Assembly: GCA_017610305.1 (NCBI GenBank)
Contig: JAFCCJ010000001.1
Location: forward strand, 1 to 62,278
Source: Candidatus Iainarchaeum sp.
Lineage (GTDB): Archaea; Iainarchaeota; Iainarchaeia; Iainarchaeales; JAFCCJ01
Reading direction: 5' to 3'
Length of the DNA: 62,278 nt
Part shown: positions 37,958-48,107 of the stretch, one piece after another
Numbering within the stretch: the stretch's first letter is position 1
Layout of the letters: each line of letters opens with the position of its first letter
The notes under the pieces: generated by a model
What the model was told of the DNA's origin: nothing
Database searches by the model: none
Seen by the model: the letters and a program-made list of their open reading frames with translations, nothing else
Position numbers and translations under genes: made by a program

Positions 37958-39148
37958 TTAATTATTTTCTTTTTTCGACAATTCAATAAGAAGTTTTTTT
38001 GTCTTTTTCAGTTCATTTATCGTGATTGATTCTTCAGGGGAATGAGCATGCTCCCCTCCAGGCCCAAAACTTACTGTCAAAACTCCAATCCTTGCAATAA
38101 ACCTTCCATCAGTCCCCCCCAAATCACAGGCCAGTTCGGCCTTCTTTCTGAAAACCTTTTTAACGACTCCGGCAAATTCCTTCACAAATTCGTGGTCCTT
38201 ATTAACAAAGTAACCATTGGTCCCTGTCATTGTAATCCTTCCCTTGATTTTATGCTTTTTCATCAGCTTTTTCGCAAATCTCCTGAATTCATTCATAACT
38301 TTCTTTACCCTCTCCTCAGGAAGTGCGCGGATGTCAAAACCAACAACAAAGCCTGAAGGGATTATGTTGGATTTCATTCCTGAACGTACAATAGTGATAT
38401 TGAACCTGCCCCAGACTTTCTTATGCGGGGCAAAGCTCGGGGCATTAATGATTGAAACTGCCTTTGACCTTTTCTTTTCATATTCTTTTAAGGATTCCAA
38501 AAACGGCAGAACCTTGTGGACAATATTAGGATGCCTGAAAGGGTATGCCGCATGCCCCCCTATACTTTTGAAATTGATTCTGCCCCTTATCACTCCACTA
38601 CATCCAATCCCGACATGATGGGAAGTGGAATCCATAACTAAACATACACATTTTTCAGGATTGAATTTCTTGCCATGCTTTTCGGCAAGAAATTTGATTC
38701 CATGGCCCCCTCCTATTTCCTCATCGCAGGAAACTACAAGTATTATATTTTTTTTACAATCCATTTCCTTTAACTCGCGCATTGCCCCCATTGATATGGC
38801 AATCGCCCCCTTATCATCGGCAACACCAAGGCCCATCAACTTATTTCCTTCCCTTCTCATCTTATTGGGTTTTCTTTTCCATGCCTCTCGGGAGAGAACA
38901 ACATCAAAGTGGGTTGCAATAACCAGATTTTCCTTTGCCCCGCGGTCCATCGTAATCAGCAAATTTGGCCTTGGCTTTTTGTCCTTTGCATTTGACCTTA
39001 GAACCTCGACCTCAAAACCCAACGAGCGTGCTTCCTTTGCGATAAAATCAGTTATTGCCACATAATTTGACTTGGTCTGGACATCTGTATTGAAATCAAC
39101 CAGCTTGCTTAGGAGGGAAAGTTCATACCTTAATGAATCTTTTTTCAT
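37958..39148 (-). CDS. M20-family metallohydrolase (ArgE/DapE/LysK-like deacylase), paralog 1
   Basis: Motifs ATHFDVV, GVADDKGA and SCDEEIGG. 396 aa. Confidence 0.85.
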   Translation of the reverse strand: MKKDSLRYELSLLSKLVDFNTDVQTKSNYVAITDFIAKEARSLGFEVEVLRSNAKDKKPRPNLLITMDRGAKENLVIATHFDVVLSREAWKRKPNKMRREGNKLMGLGVADDKGAIAISMGAMRELKEMDCKKNIILVVSCDEEIGGGHGIKFLAEKHGKKFNPEKCVCLVMDSTSHHVGIGCSGVIRGRINFKSIGGHAAYPFRHPNIVHKVLPFLESLKEYEKKRSKAVSIINAPSFAPHKKVWGRFNITIVRSGMKSNIIPSGFVVGFDIRALPEERVKKVMNEFRRFAKKLMKKHKIKGRITMTGTNGYFVNKDHEFVKEFAGVVKKVFRKKAELACDLGGTDGRFIARIGVLTVSFGPGGEHAHSPEESITINELKKTKKLLIELSKKENN

Positions 39149-39159
39149 TTCAACACACC

Positions 39160-40488
39160 CTAAAAATATTTCTCAAGCAGACTCTCGGTTCTCCCCACGC
39201 TTCTTAAGTAATTCTCGGCGAATTTAACCGAAATTTCCCCTGCAAATTCAGGGGTAATTCCTTTGGCAGGATTAAATCCCTTGGATTTTGAATATGATAA
39301 AATTTCATCAGAGAGGCTTTTTTCCTCACTAACTATATTGAAGACAGGTTTTGCAATCTGCATTTTATTTTTCGGGATGCAGGTTTTCGCAAATGAGAAA
39401 AAACGTTTTACATAGTCCTTTGCACTCTTGCTTTCGAAACCGTTTTTTGCCGACCTATACTGGAGATTGTTCCTTACATAAGTGTGCGGGGGGATATAAA
39501 GGATATTTCCCTCCCTTTTGAATGGCTCTTCCAAACCGATATCAGAGGGGACCACCTGCAAAAAATTGGTTTGGATTTCCTCCAGAACATAATTCAAAAC
39601 AGCAGTCATGCCCATAACATTATCCAGGTTATTCATGTCAATGCCCCTTTGCTCAAGGGTATCATGCTTGTTCACACGAACAGGGCCCCAAAACAAGTCC
39701 AATTTTGATTTATATGGCCAGTTCCTATTCGGATTCATGCCGTGCTTTTTCATAATTCCCTTCCAGATAATGTTTCTTCGGTTAATTGAATGCCTTAGGT
39801 CTGCAAGGGTTTGTTTATAGGGGGGAAGGGCGCCAAAAATCGGGAGCTTGGAGTATAATCCTGCCCCATATTTTAACTTTCTCCCTCCGCGATAAACCAG
39901 GGCGCGGGAGTCCTTTGCAAGATGCCCCAATTCATAGAATGGGGAGGAGGCCATAACTGTAAGCAAAACAGGATCGGCCGCAATCAGGAAATTGTAGGCA
40001 TTCATCATCGAACTTTTGAGTTTGGAATTTATCAGCCTTTTAAGTACAAGTTTCTCCTTGTCCATTACCCCTTTCGGCATTGTGAAATGAAAGTGAAAAC
40101 CAACGCACTTGCCCGCGAGCCTGAATTTATTCGCGCCGAAAATTTTCTTTTTTATCCCATATCCATTGCCGCTGCGCATATCGGTTTTATTCTTCCCGGG
40201 ATAGCAGCTAAGCGGGAGCAACAGGGTATCATTCTTTTCCGCGGCCTCAATCAATGCCCTTACAGCTGACAGCATTTCATTTATTGTTTCATTGGGTTCA
40301 GGCTTTGGGTAATTATTCAGCTCAACCATGCCTTTGGAACATTCCTTTGCAAGTTGCGCCTTTGGGTCAATCTTAACGGCATCCTTAAGGATTTTATCGG
40401 CATTGAAAACCAGCTTTCCGGATTCATTAATCAGGAAGTACTCAAATTCCAGGCCTGAATGAAAAATTTTGAGGGGCTTTTTTGCCAT
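39160..40488 (-). CDS. GCS2-family carboxylate-amine ligase (gamma-glutamyl-type ligase)
   Basis: N-terminal GLEFEYFLINESG pattern and the overall length and layout of glutamate-cysteine ligase family 2 / YbdK-like enzymes. Confidence 0.7.
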   Translation of the reverse strand: MAKKPLKIFHSGLEFEYFLINESGKLVFNADKILKDAVKIDPKAQLAKECSKGMVELNNYPKPEPNETINEMLSAVRALIEAAEKNDTLLLPLSCYPGKNKTDMRSGNGYGIKKKIFGANKFRLAGKCVGFHFHFTMPKGVMDKEKLVLKRLINSKLKSSMMNAYNFLIAADPVLLTVMASSPFYELGHLAKDSRALVYRGGRKLKYGAGLYSKLPIFGALPPYKQTLADLRHSINRRNIIWKGIMKKHGMNPNRNWPYKSKLDLFWGPVRVNKHDTLEQRGIDMNNLDNVMGMTAVLNYVLEEIQTNFLQVVPSDIGLEEPFKREGNILYIPPHTYVRNNLQYRSAKNGFESKSAKDYVKRFFSFAKTCIPKNKMQIAKPVFNIVSEEKSLSDEILSYSKSKGFNPAKGITPEFAGEISVKFAENYLRSVGRTESLLEKYF

Positions 40489-40492
40489 TGAT

Positions 40493-41659
40493 TCACCTTA
40501 CAAGTTCCTTAACCAATTCTTTTGTCTTTCTAAGTTCATAAATAGATATTGATTCTTCCGGGGCATGGGGATTCTTTCCCCCGGGAGTAATTGCGATTGC
40601 GGGAATTCCCAATTTTGCGATGAACCTGCCATCAACCGCCCCCAACTCAACAACCTTCTCCAATTTCCTTCCCAAAATTTTCTCCGACTTTTTTGCAACT
40701 TCCTCCACATAAGGATTATCTTTCTCAATCACATAACCGTCGCTCCCTTTGATGGTTATTCTTCCGCGCAGATTGTGTTTTTTTAATTTTCCCGCCACAA
40801 ATGTCTTGAATTCTTTAATTATCTCCTTGATATTTTCTTCAGGAAGCGCGCGGATATCAAAACCAATCCGAAGTGAGCTTGGGATGATGTTTGTTTTATG
40901 CCCGGCATTAAGCATTGTCACCGAAAACCGCCCCCATACATTCTTGTGCAATGAGCCAGATGGGGCCGGCGCCCATGATTTTTTCTTTTCCCTGAGTTTT
41001 CCATATTTAAGCAAATCATCCATAAAAGGAATCGCATCATGGACAACGTTGCGTGTCTTGTGCGGATAACCAGCATGCCCCTGCTCCCCCTTAAGGTGAA
41101 TGTGCCCCATTGCGGTTCCGCTGCATCCGATTCCAACATTCATAAAATCCTTGTCCATCACAATGCAGAAATCGGAGCTTAAATCTTCCCTATTGTTCAC
41201 AATTAATTTTCTCAGGCCGTTTTCTCCCCCCACTTCCTCATCACAGGCAACAAGGAGTTTAACATTCCTGCGACAATTTCCTTTTTTTAGTTCCTTAAGC
41301 GCGCCCATTGCCGCAGCTATTGCCCCCTTGTCATCACAGGCCCCCCTTCCTATAAGCAGTTTCCCTTTTCTTCGCAGCCTGAATGGATCTGATTTCCATC
41401 CTTCCCCTGCAGGCACAACATCATAATGGGTTGCAAGAAGAAGGGTTTCTTTGGCCTTTTTGTTCAGAGTAATAAAAAGATTGGAGCAGAACTTTTCCTC
41501 AGAGGATTTGTATCTGATGGTTTTTGCCCTTAATCCCAACTTTTTTGCCTCTTTTTTCAGCAATTGCACAATTTTTCCATAATTGGTTTTTTTCTCAGAA
41601 TCCGTGTTCAAGGCGACCAATTTGCGAAGTAAGTCGATTTCGTAACGCATTTCGTCCAT
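40493..41659 (-). CDS. M20-family metallohydrolase (ArgE/DapE/LysK-like deacylase), paralog 2
   Basis: Motifs ATHYDVVP, GACDDKGA and ACDEEVGG. Clearly paralogous to 37958..39148. Confidence 0.85.
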   Translation of the reverse strand: MDEMRYEIDLLRKLVALNTDSEKKTNYGKIVQLLKKEAKKLGLRAKTIRYKSSEEKFCSNLFITLNKKAKETLLLATHYDVVPAGEGWKSDPFRLRRKGKLLIGRGACDDKGAIAAAMGALKELKKGNCRRNVKLLVACDEEVGGENGLRKLIVNNREDLSSDFCIVMDKDFMNVGIGCSGTAMGHIHLKGEQGHAGYPHKTRNVVHDAIPFMDDLLKYGKLREKKKSWAPAPSGSLHKNVWGRFSVTMLNAGHKTNIIPSSLRIGFDIRALPEENIKEIIKEFKTFVAGKLKKHNLRGRITIKGSDGYVIEKDNPYVEEVAKKSEKILGRKLEKVVELGAVDGRFIAKLGIPAIAITPGGKNPHAPEESISIYELRKTKELVKELVR

Positions 41660-41666
41660 AGATTAA

Positions 41667-43166
<1,500 letters not shown>

Positions 43167-43180
43167 AACAGTTGACTAAA

Positions 43181-43669
43181 ATGCATCCAGGGAAAAAAAA
43201 TCTTAGGCCTTTTGGACTTGAGTATAATCCCTTAAAAAATATGACTAGATACGATGTAATTAGAAAAATGAGCGAGCATATTGAAAGAATTACCTCTTCA
43301 AATATTTCCTCTGAAAATATTAATCATTTATCTGCCGCTTATGAAGCATTTGGCCAAAAATTGCCGATAGGGCACGATCCTTACCTTTCAGAAAAAGCTG
43401 CAAAAATAAGAGATCGAATAATTAATCTTGCATCAGATTCAAGAAATCCGGAAGTAATAATTATTTTGGAAAAAGTAATTGATATTCCTAACAGAGCTAG
43501 TCACCTTAACCTTGCACTCAGGGCAATAAAAGCATTAGCTCCCAAGTTATCTAAGGAACCAGTCAAAAAAAGAGTTTTAAAAAAATTGGAAACAATATCT
43601 AATAGAGGGAATGAAGCGACTAGCAAACTTGCAAAAGAAGCTATGGCGGCAATAAACCAACAAAATTGA
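43181..43669 (+). CDS. Hypothetical helical protein (AT-rich orphan)
   Basis: The ATG at 43181 is preferred over the TTG at 43163, which overlaps the guaB stop. I recognised no family. Confidence 0.5.
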   Translation: MHPGKKNLRPFGLEYNPLKNMTRYDVIRKMSEHIERITSSNISSENINHLSAAYEAFGQKLPIGHDPYLSEKAAKIRDRIINLASDSRNPEVIIILEKVIDIPNRASHLNLALRAIKALAPKLSKEPVKKRVLKKLETISNRGNEATSKLAKEAMAAINQQN

Positions 43670-43681
43670 GGAGAAGAAAGT

Positions 43682-44380
43682 ATGACTGAAGCAAAACTAA
43701 ATGTGAAACTGCTGGCGCACACGCCAAACCCAGATTTAACCACTGCAACTGCTGCGCACTTGTGCTATGCAAGTTCTTCGATTGATGATTTGATTAAGAA
43801 GGTTGATTCTGCCTATGCTGAAAAATTGCTGAAAAGGCTTATTGGTGAGGGGCATTGGTCTGTTCTGGAGCATGCGAGTTTTACTTTTGGAATTGAGGGA
43901 GTGAGCAGGGCGCTAACACACCAATTGGTGAGGCACAGGATTGCCTCCTATTCCCAGCAATCGCAAAGGTATGTTAATGCGAAAGATTTCTCCTATGTTA
44001 TTCCTCCAAAAGTGAAAGATGACAAGGAACTTACAAAAAAATTCGAGGAATTTATGGATAAGGCATCTGAACTTTATGGTGAGTTTGCGGAAAAGGTTCC
44101 AAAAGAGGATGCCAGGTTTGTTCTTCCCAATGCCGCTGAATCGAAAATCATTGTCACAATGAATGCCCGGTCGCTCTACAACTTTTTCGAAAGAAGGTGC
44201 TGCGTGCGTGCGCAATGGGAAATAAGGATTCTTGCCCTTGAAATGCGGAAACTGGTGCAAGAGGCCGCACCAAAACTGTTCGAGAATGCAGATGCAATCT
44301 GTGAGCGTTTGGGCTACTGCCCTGAGGGTAAAACCTGCGGAAGATATCCCTTGAAAGAAGAAGTCCTCGGGAAAAAGTAG
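43682..44380 (+). CDS. thyX: FAD-dependent thymidylate synthase
   Basis: ThyX signature RHRIASYSQQSQRY. 232 aa. Confidence 0.95.
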   Translation: MTEAKLNVKLLAHTPNPDLTTATAAHLCYASSSIDDLIKKVDSAYAEKLLKRLIGEGHWSVLEHASFTFGIEGVSRALTHQLVRHRIASYSQQSQRYVNAKDFSYVIPPKVKDDKELTKKFEEFMDKASELYGEFAEKVPKEDARFVLPNAAESKIIVTMNARSLYNFFERRCCVRAQWEIRILALEMRKLVQEAAPKLFENADAICERLGYCPEGKTCGRYPLKEEVLGKK

Positions 44381-44407
44381 ATTAATTACTTTGTTCCTAT
44401 TTTTAAT

Positions 44408-45145
44408 ATGGCAAAGGGAGAAAAGCATTCTAAATATACTGAGAAGTTCTACGAAGATTTGGGTTATAGGACTTTTGGCCTTAAACCTACAGCTGCTGCA
44501 ATAATTGCAAAAAAGACGGGCAATACACTTACCCATCAAGGATTATCCTCTTTACTCGCAAGTAAAAGAGAGCCTTGGAGAGAAAAAGCTTTTAACAGAG
44601 GCACGTTTTTAGCTTTCGAAGATTTAGGACGAGAAAGTGGTGGCGATTGGAAAACAGCTGAAAAAATTATGCGGCAAAGATCGCAAACATTTGAAATAAC
44701 CGATCAATTTTTGGCAAGGTTTAGAACAAGGCTTAATAAAAATAAGGTTTTTAAAAGAGCATTTAATAGAGGCTCTGGAAAAAGAACAACTTTAAAAGCT
44801 AGGCCAAAACCAAGAAAACCTAAAGTTTTCAAGTATGATGCTAAGAATTTCCATATGCTTGGGCGGTCAACTAAAACTCTTAAAGAGGAAGGAATGCCTT
44901 CCGGAAAACTTGGGCGAGAGGAAACACAAATAGCGGGGAATATTAGCAAGTCAGCAAGGATACTAACCGGACTAAGGACAATTAAAACCGGAGAGTACCC
45001 ATATAATGCGTTAATAAAATTACTTGAAAGACATCCTGATTTACAATACGCATATGAGGCAGGTATAAGAAGAGATGGCTGGAAAAAGACTAAGAACGAA
45101 GTTGATCGCATAAGAGAGCAAATTTCAAGAAGGCGCAGAAAATAA
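44408..45145 (+). CDS. Highly basic hypothetical protein (AT-rich orphan)
   Basis: 245 aa, Lys/Arg-rich, ends in RRRRK. I recognised no family. Confidence 0.5.
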   Translation: MAKGEKHSKYTEKFYEDLGYRTFGLKPTAAAIIAKKTGNTLTHQGLSSLLASKREPWREKAFNRGTFLAFEDLGRESGGDWKTAEKIMRQRSQTFEITDQFLARFRTRLNKNKVFKRAFNRGSGKRTTLKARPKPRKPKVFKYDAKNFHMLGRSTKTLKEEGMPSGKLGREETQIAGNISKSARILTGLRTIKTGEYPYNALIKLLERHPDLQYAYEAGIRRDGWKKTKNEVDRIREQISRRRRK

Positions 45146-45146
45146 C

Positions 45147-45395
45147 CTACTTCTTCTTTTTATTGCTCTTGATTTTCGGATGCTTAAGATTTCTGCTGAA
45201 TTTGACCATTTCCTTGAGAACTAGTTTTTGATATTTTTCAGCAGCTAATTTTGGGTGGGCCTCAATTAAGTCTTCCCAGTAGTGCGGTTTAGAAGTTGAG
45301 ATATAACCTAAATCAGGGTATACTTTAGCGAACTTATTCACAAGGGTTTTTGCACCCCTTGGTACAGTAGCTATTTTGGCAACCATCCCCACCAC
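45147..45395 (-). CDS. Small basic hypothetical protein
   Basis: 82 aa. Convergent with the previous gene. Shares an xHP[KD]L helix motif with it (LIEAHPKLAAEKY vs LLERHPDLQYAYE). Confidence 0.4.
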   Translation of the reverse strand: MVGMVAKIATVPRGAKTLVNKFAKVYPDLGYISTSKPHYWEDLIEAHPKLAAEKYQKLVLKEMVKFSRNLKHPKIKSNKKKK

Positions 45396-45448
45396 AATAA
45401 ATATTACGCCTTTCTACAATATAAAGGTGATTATGAAGGGGAAATTCA

Positions 45449-46402
45449 CTACCTAGAAACCCTGTAAAGCGACAATTTTTCTGCCGATTCTTTTCCATGG
45501 TAATAAAGGGTTTTTTCGTCATCTGTTAGGGTTGGGGCTTCGACGAAAACCCAATCAGAACGATTGCCTATTGCCTCAATTATTTCAGGCTCGCCAAATG
45601 GCTCCGAAATGCTATTCCTTGTAGCCATGTAGATTTTTGGATTTCTATCTCCTCCAATTGCATCCACAATATTCGGGGCGTGAATTCTGGTGAAAAAGAT
45701 TTCCAATCCGTCTTTTGAGATTGCGGGGGCATATTCCATGTATTCGGAATCTATATTCTTAAAAATTTCTTTGGAATTTTCATCTACTTTAAATTCACCA
45801 GTTTCATTCTTATGCGCAACATAAAAATGGCCAATCCCCAAACCGATTATATCCACCCTGACAAAATAAAGCGTTTTCCCATCTGAACTGATTTCAGGGG
45901 AATATGTTGGTTTGGCGGGGTCATTCACATTTCCAGGAACCAATTTAATGTCTGAAACAACACCGTCATTGAAAACTCCGACATACATCTGGTTAATTCC
46001 GCTTCTGCCGGAAATAAAATAGAAATTATTCTCGCCATCCATATTTGCTTCCAGCTCAGCGCCAGGAGTATTAAGTGGAACATCGGCGCCCTCAATTTTT
46101 CCCCTGTAGACAAACTTCCCATCAACAATTTCAACATAGTGCAAATCGGCATTTACTGCATAGTCATTGTTAAAAAATAAATATTTTCCGTCTTTGGAAA
46201 TAAATGGCTCAATAATATTCCCTTCATAACCCTCAATATTTACTTTTTGCTTATTTGAAAATCCCCCATTACAATCCTGAGAACAGGTTTCATTAGTCTC
46301 CCCTAAATTGCAAATCCCGTCTCCGCAAATTGGCCTAGGGCCATTACATCCGGAAATTAGAATAAGGCTAACCAAAAGAATTGCGAAAAAATTAAATTTC
46401 AT
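45449..46402 (-). CDS. Secreted lipoprotein with a CGDGIC...ETCSQDC module and a PD40/TolB-like beta-propeller
   Basis: Lipobox ISGC. Repeated S.DG..LYF-type PD40 blades (ISKDGKYLFF, SSDGKTLYF, ISKDGLEIFF). Confidence 0.7.
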   Translation of the reverse strand: MKFNFFAILLVSLILISGCNGPRPICGDGICNLGETNETCSQDCNGGFSNKQKVNIEGYEGNIIEPFISKDGKYLFFNNDYAVNADLHYVEIVDGKFVYRGKIEGADVPLNTPGAELEANMDGENNFYFISGRSGINQMYVGVFNDGVVSDIKLVPGNVNDPAKPTYSPEISSDGKTLYFVRVDIIGLGIGHFYVAHKNETGEFKVDENSKEIFKNIDSEYMEYAPAISKDGLEIFFTRIHAPNIVDAIGGDRNPKIYMATRNSISEPFGEPEIIEAIGNRSDWVFVEAPTLTDDEKTLYYHGKESAEKLSLYRVSR

Positions 46403-46443
46403 ATTTTATAGTAAATCCAAAAAAGTATTTATGTCTTTGGGTT

Positions 46444-47610
46444 TTACTGATTATTCTTCTCTGCTTGCCTTCTTTGCAAATCCCTTGCATTATCGATTAT
46501 TGATGTGCTTTTCAAACCGTTTCTTATTGCATCAACGCCACTGCCAAGCCAGTTGTAAATGTCCCTGGGAACGAGGTTTACAGAAACAGGGGTTCCTGGA
46601 ACGCCGACACTAAATTTGAATTTATCTTTCCATTCCAGTGTTATGCCCATGCCAATTGTATAGCCATCAGACCCTTCCCTTCCAGGCATGCTAACATCCG
46701 CAAGATAAATCTGGGTTTTGAAACCGTCATTCCATCCGAGCTGGAGATCTCCACCCAGCCATTTCACTTCAGTTACATCCCCTGAATTGGGGTCAACATG
46801 CCTGCTTCTCCAGTTCCACATTCCATCCTCCCCAAATAAAGGAAGGTCTCCCTGATACCATTCCTTAAAAGATCCCCAGCCATCGACAAAAAAGTCTTGA
46901 ATATCCTGAACTTCCGCGCCTCCTGGCATATTATAGGGATTTAAATCCCCCATAACCACAAGGCCATCTGGGTTAAAATTCTCGGAAACCCCTCCTGAAA
47001 GCGCATCATTGTAGGCCTCGTCATCAAAATCGGAATCTGAATCTATTTCAGTATCAGTTATCTTATCATCATAGCCGCGGTAGTAATCATCAAACAAGTC
47101 ATCTACTGAAGGTTCTTCACCCTCATCAGGAAACAATTCAGGTTCAGGCGCCTCATCATCCGGATAAAGGTCGGGCCATTCATAAGGGCCCCAATCATCA
47201 TCAACCCAATCTTCTGAGCCCCAATCTTCGCCCCAGTCAGCACCCCAATCCTCTCCCCAATTATCACCTGAATCATCTTCGGAATCTGTATCGGGCAAAT
47301 CATTTACAATTTGCTCCCCTGGGCAGCTCTGGTCCAAACCCACACAGGCAACAACACAACCAGGGCAGGATTCGTTTTGGGAATAACATTCCTTATTCGG
47401 GTCTGCGGGATTTTCAGCAATGCTTCCCGAAGAACCGCAGACACAATGCCCTGTATAAGAAAGGTGCGCGTTTGCAATACTGAAGCAGTTGGATTGCACA
47501 CACCCTACTCCGCTGTTAGGCTGGAATTCATAGCCAGAAGGGCAGTCAGCGGCATAATTGAAAGAAACAATCAGCATCAAAAATGCTGCAAAAAATACTA
47601 GTTTTTTCAT
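46444..47610 (-). CDS. Secreted Cys-rich protein with a very acidic DWGE-repeat region
   Basis: Signal peptide MKKLVFFAAFLMLIVSF. The acidic region contains DNWGEDWGADWGEDWGSEDWVDDDWG. The ATG at 47610 is preferred over the TTG at 47622. Confidence 0.65.
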   Translation of the reverse strand: MKKLVFFAAFLMLIVSFNYAADCPSGYEFQPNSGVGCVQSNCFSIANAHLSYTGHCVCGSSGSIAENPADPNKECYSQNESCPGCVVACVGLDQSCPGEQIVNDLPDTDSEDDSGDNWGEDWGADWGEDWGSEDWVDDDWGPYEWPDLYPDDEAPEPELFPDEGEEPSVDDLFDDYYRGYDDKITDTEIDSDSDFDDEAYNDALSGGVSENFNPDGLVVMGDLNPYNMPGGAEVQDIQDFFVDGWGSFKEWYQGDLPLFGEDGMWNWRSRHVDPNSGDVTEVKWLGGDLQLGWNDGFKTQIYLADVSMPGREGSDGYTIGMGITLEWKDKFKFSVGVPGTPVSVNLVPRDIYNWLGSGVDAIRNGLKSTSIIDNARDLQRRQAEKNNQ

Positions 47611-47650
47611 TCCCCGACCCAATAATTAGGAGTGCAAATTTTATAAAAAT

Positions 47651-47890
47651 CTATTCATCTTCTGATAATTCATCAAATTCTTTTTTCTTATTTTCAAGCC
47701 ACTTTTTCATGGCCTCAGGATCATTCATAAGTTCCATCATTTCACTTATCACTTTAATGTGCTCCTCATCCCCCGTTACATACATCTCCATACCGTGCTT
47801 TTTAATCACTTCCACCAGTTCCTCAAAACTTTCAGCATGAAATTCTTTATCGCAGACTCCGCCGAGTTGCTTACAAGTCATTGTTTTCAT
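47651..47890 (-). CDS. DUF1059-family small protein
   Basis: MKTMTCKQLGGVCDKEFHAESFEEL... matches the DUF1059 pattern. 79 aa. Confidence 0.7.
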   Translation of the reverse strand: MKTMTCKQLGGVCDKEFHAESFEELVEVIKKHGMEMYVTGDEEHIKVISEMMELMNDPEAMKKWLENKKKEFDELSEDE

Positions 47891-47976
47891 AATTTATCGC
47901 CTCTTTCTTTATTTGCCCGAAAGGCTAGTTCGGTTCCGAAGGAACCGGACGTCGTGTACCCATAGATAGACGGGTA

Positions 47977-48060
47977 TGCACGGGGGCGGATTCGAACCGT
48001 CGAACGCACTAAGCGACAGGATCTTGAGTCCTGCGGGTTTGGCCGCTTCCCTACCCGTGC
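47977..48060 (-). tRNA. tRNA-Leu (anticodon CAA), class II, no intron, no encoded CCA
   Basis: Hand-folded. Acceptor GCACGGG/CCCGTGC, anticodon stem CAGGA/TCCTG with loop CTCAAGA, a long variable arm, and T-loop TTCGAAT. Confidence 0.85.
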
Positions 48061-48107
48061 ATCACTAAAAAATAGCCTTAAACAACTAATAAAAACCCTG
48101 CGGATTG

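Noticed and set aside
47188-47265. The DWGE repeats resemble the EDWGE C-terminal motif of LysW carriers, hinting at a link to the ATP-grasp island.
   Set aside because: The protein has a clear signal peptide and Cys-rich extracellular-type domains, and the repeats are internal rather than C-terminal. The resemblance is most likely compositional coincidence.
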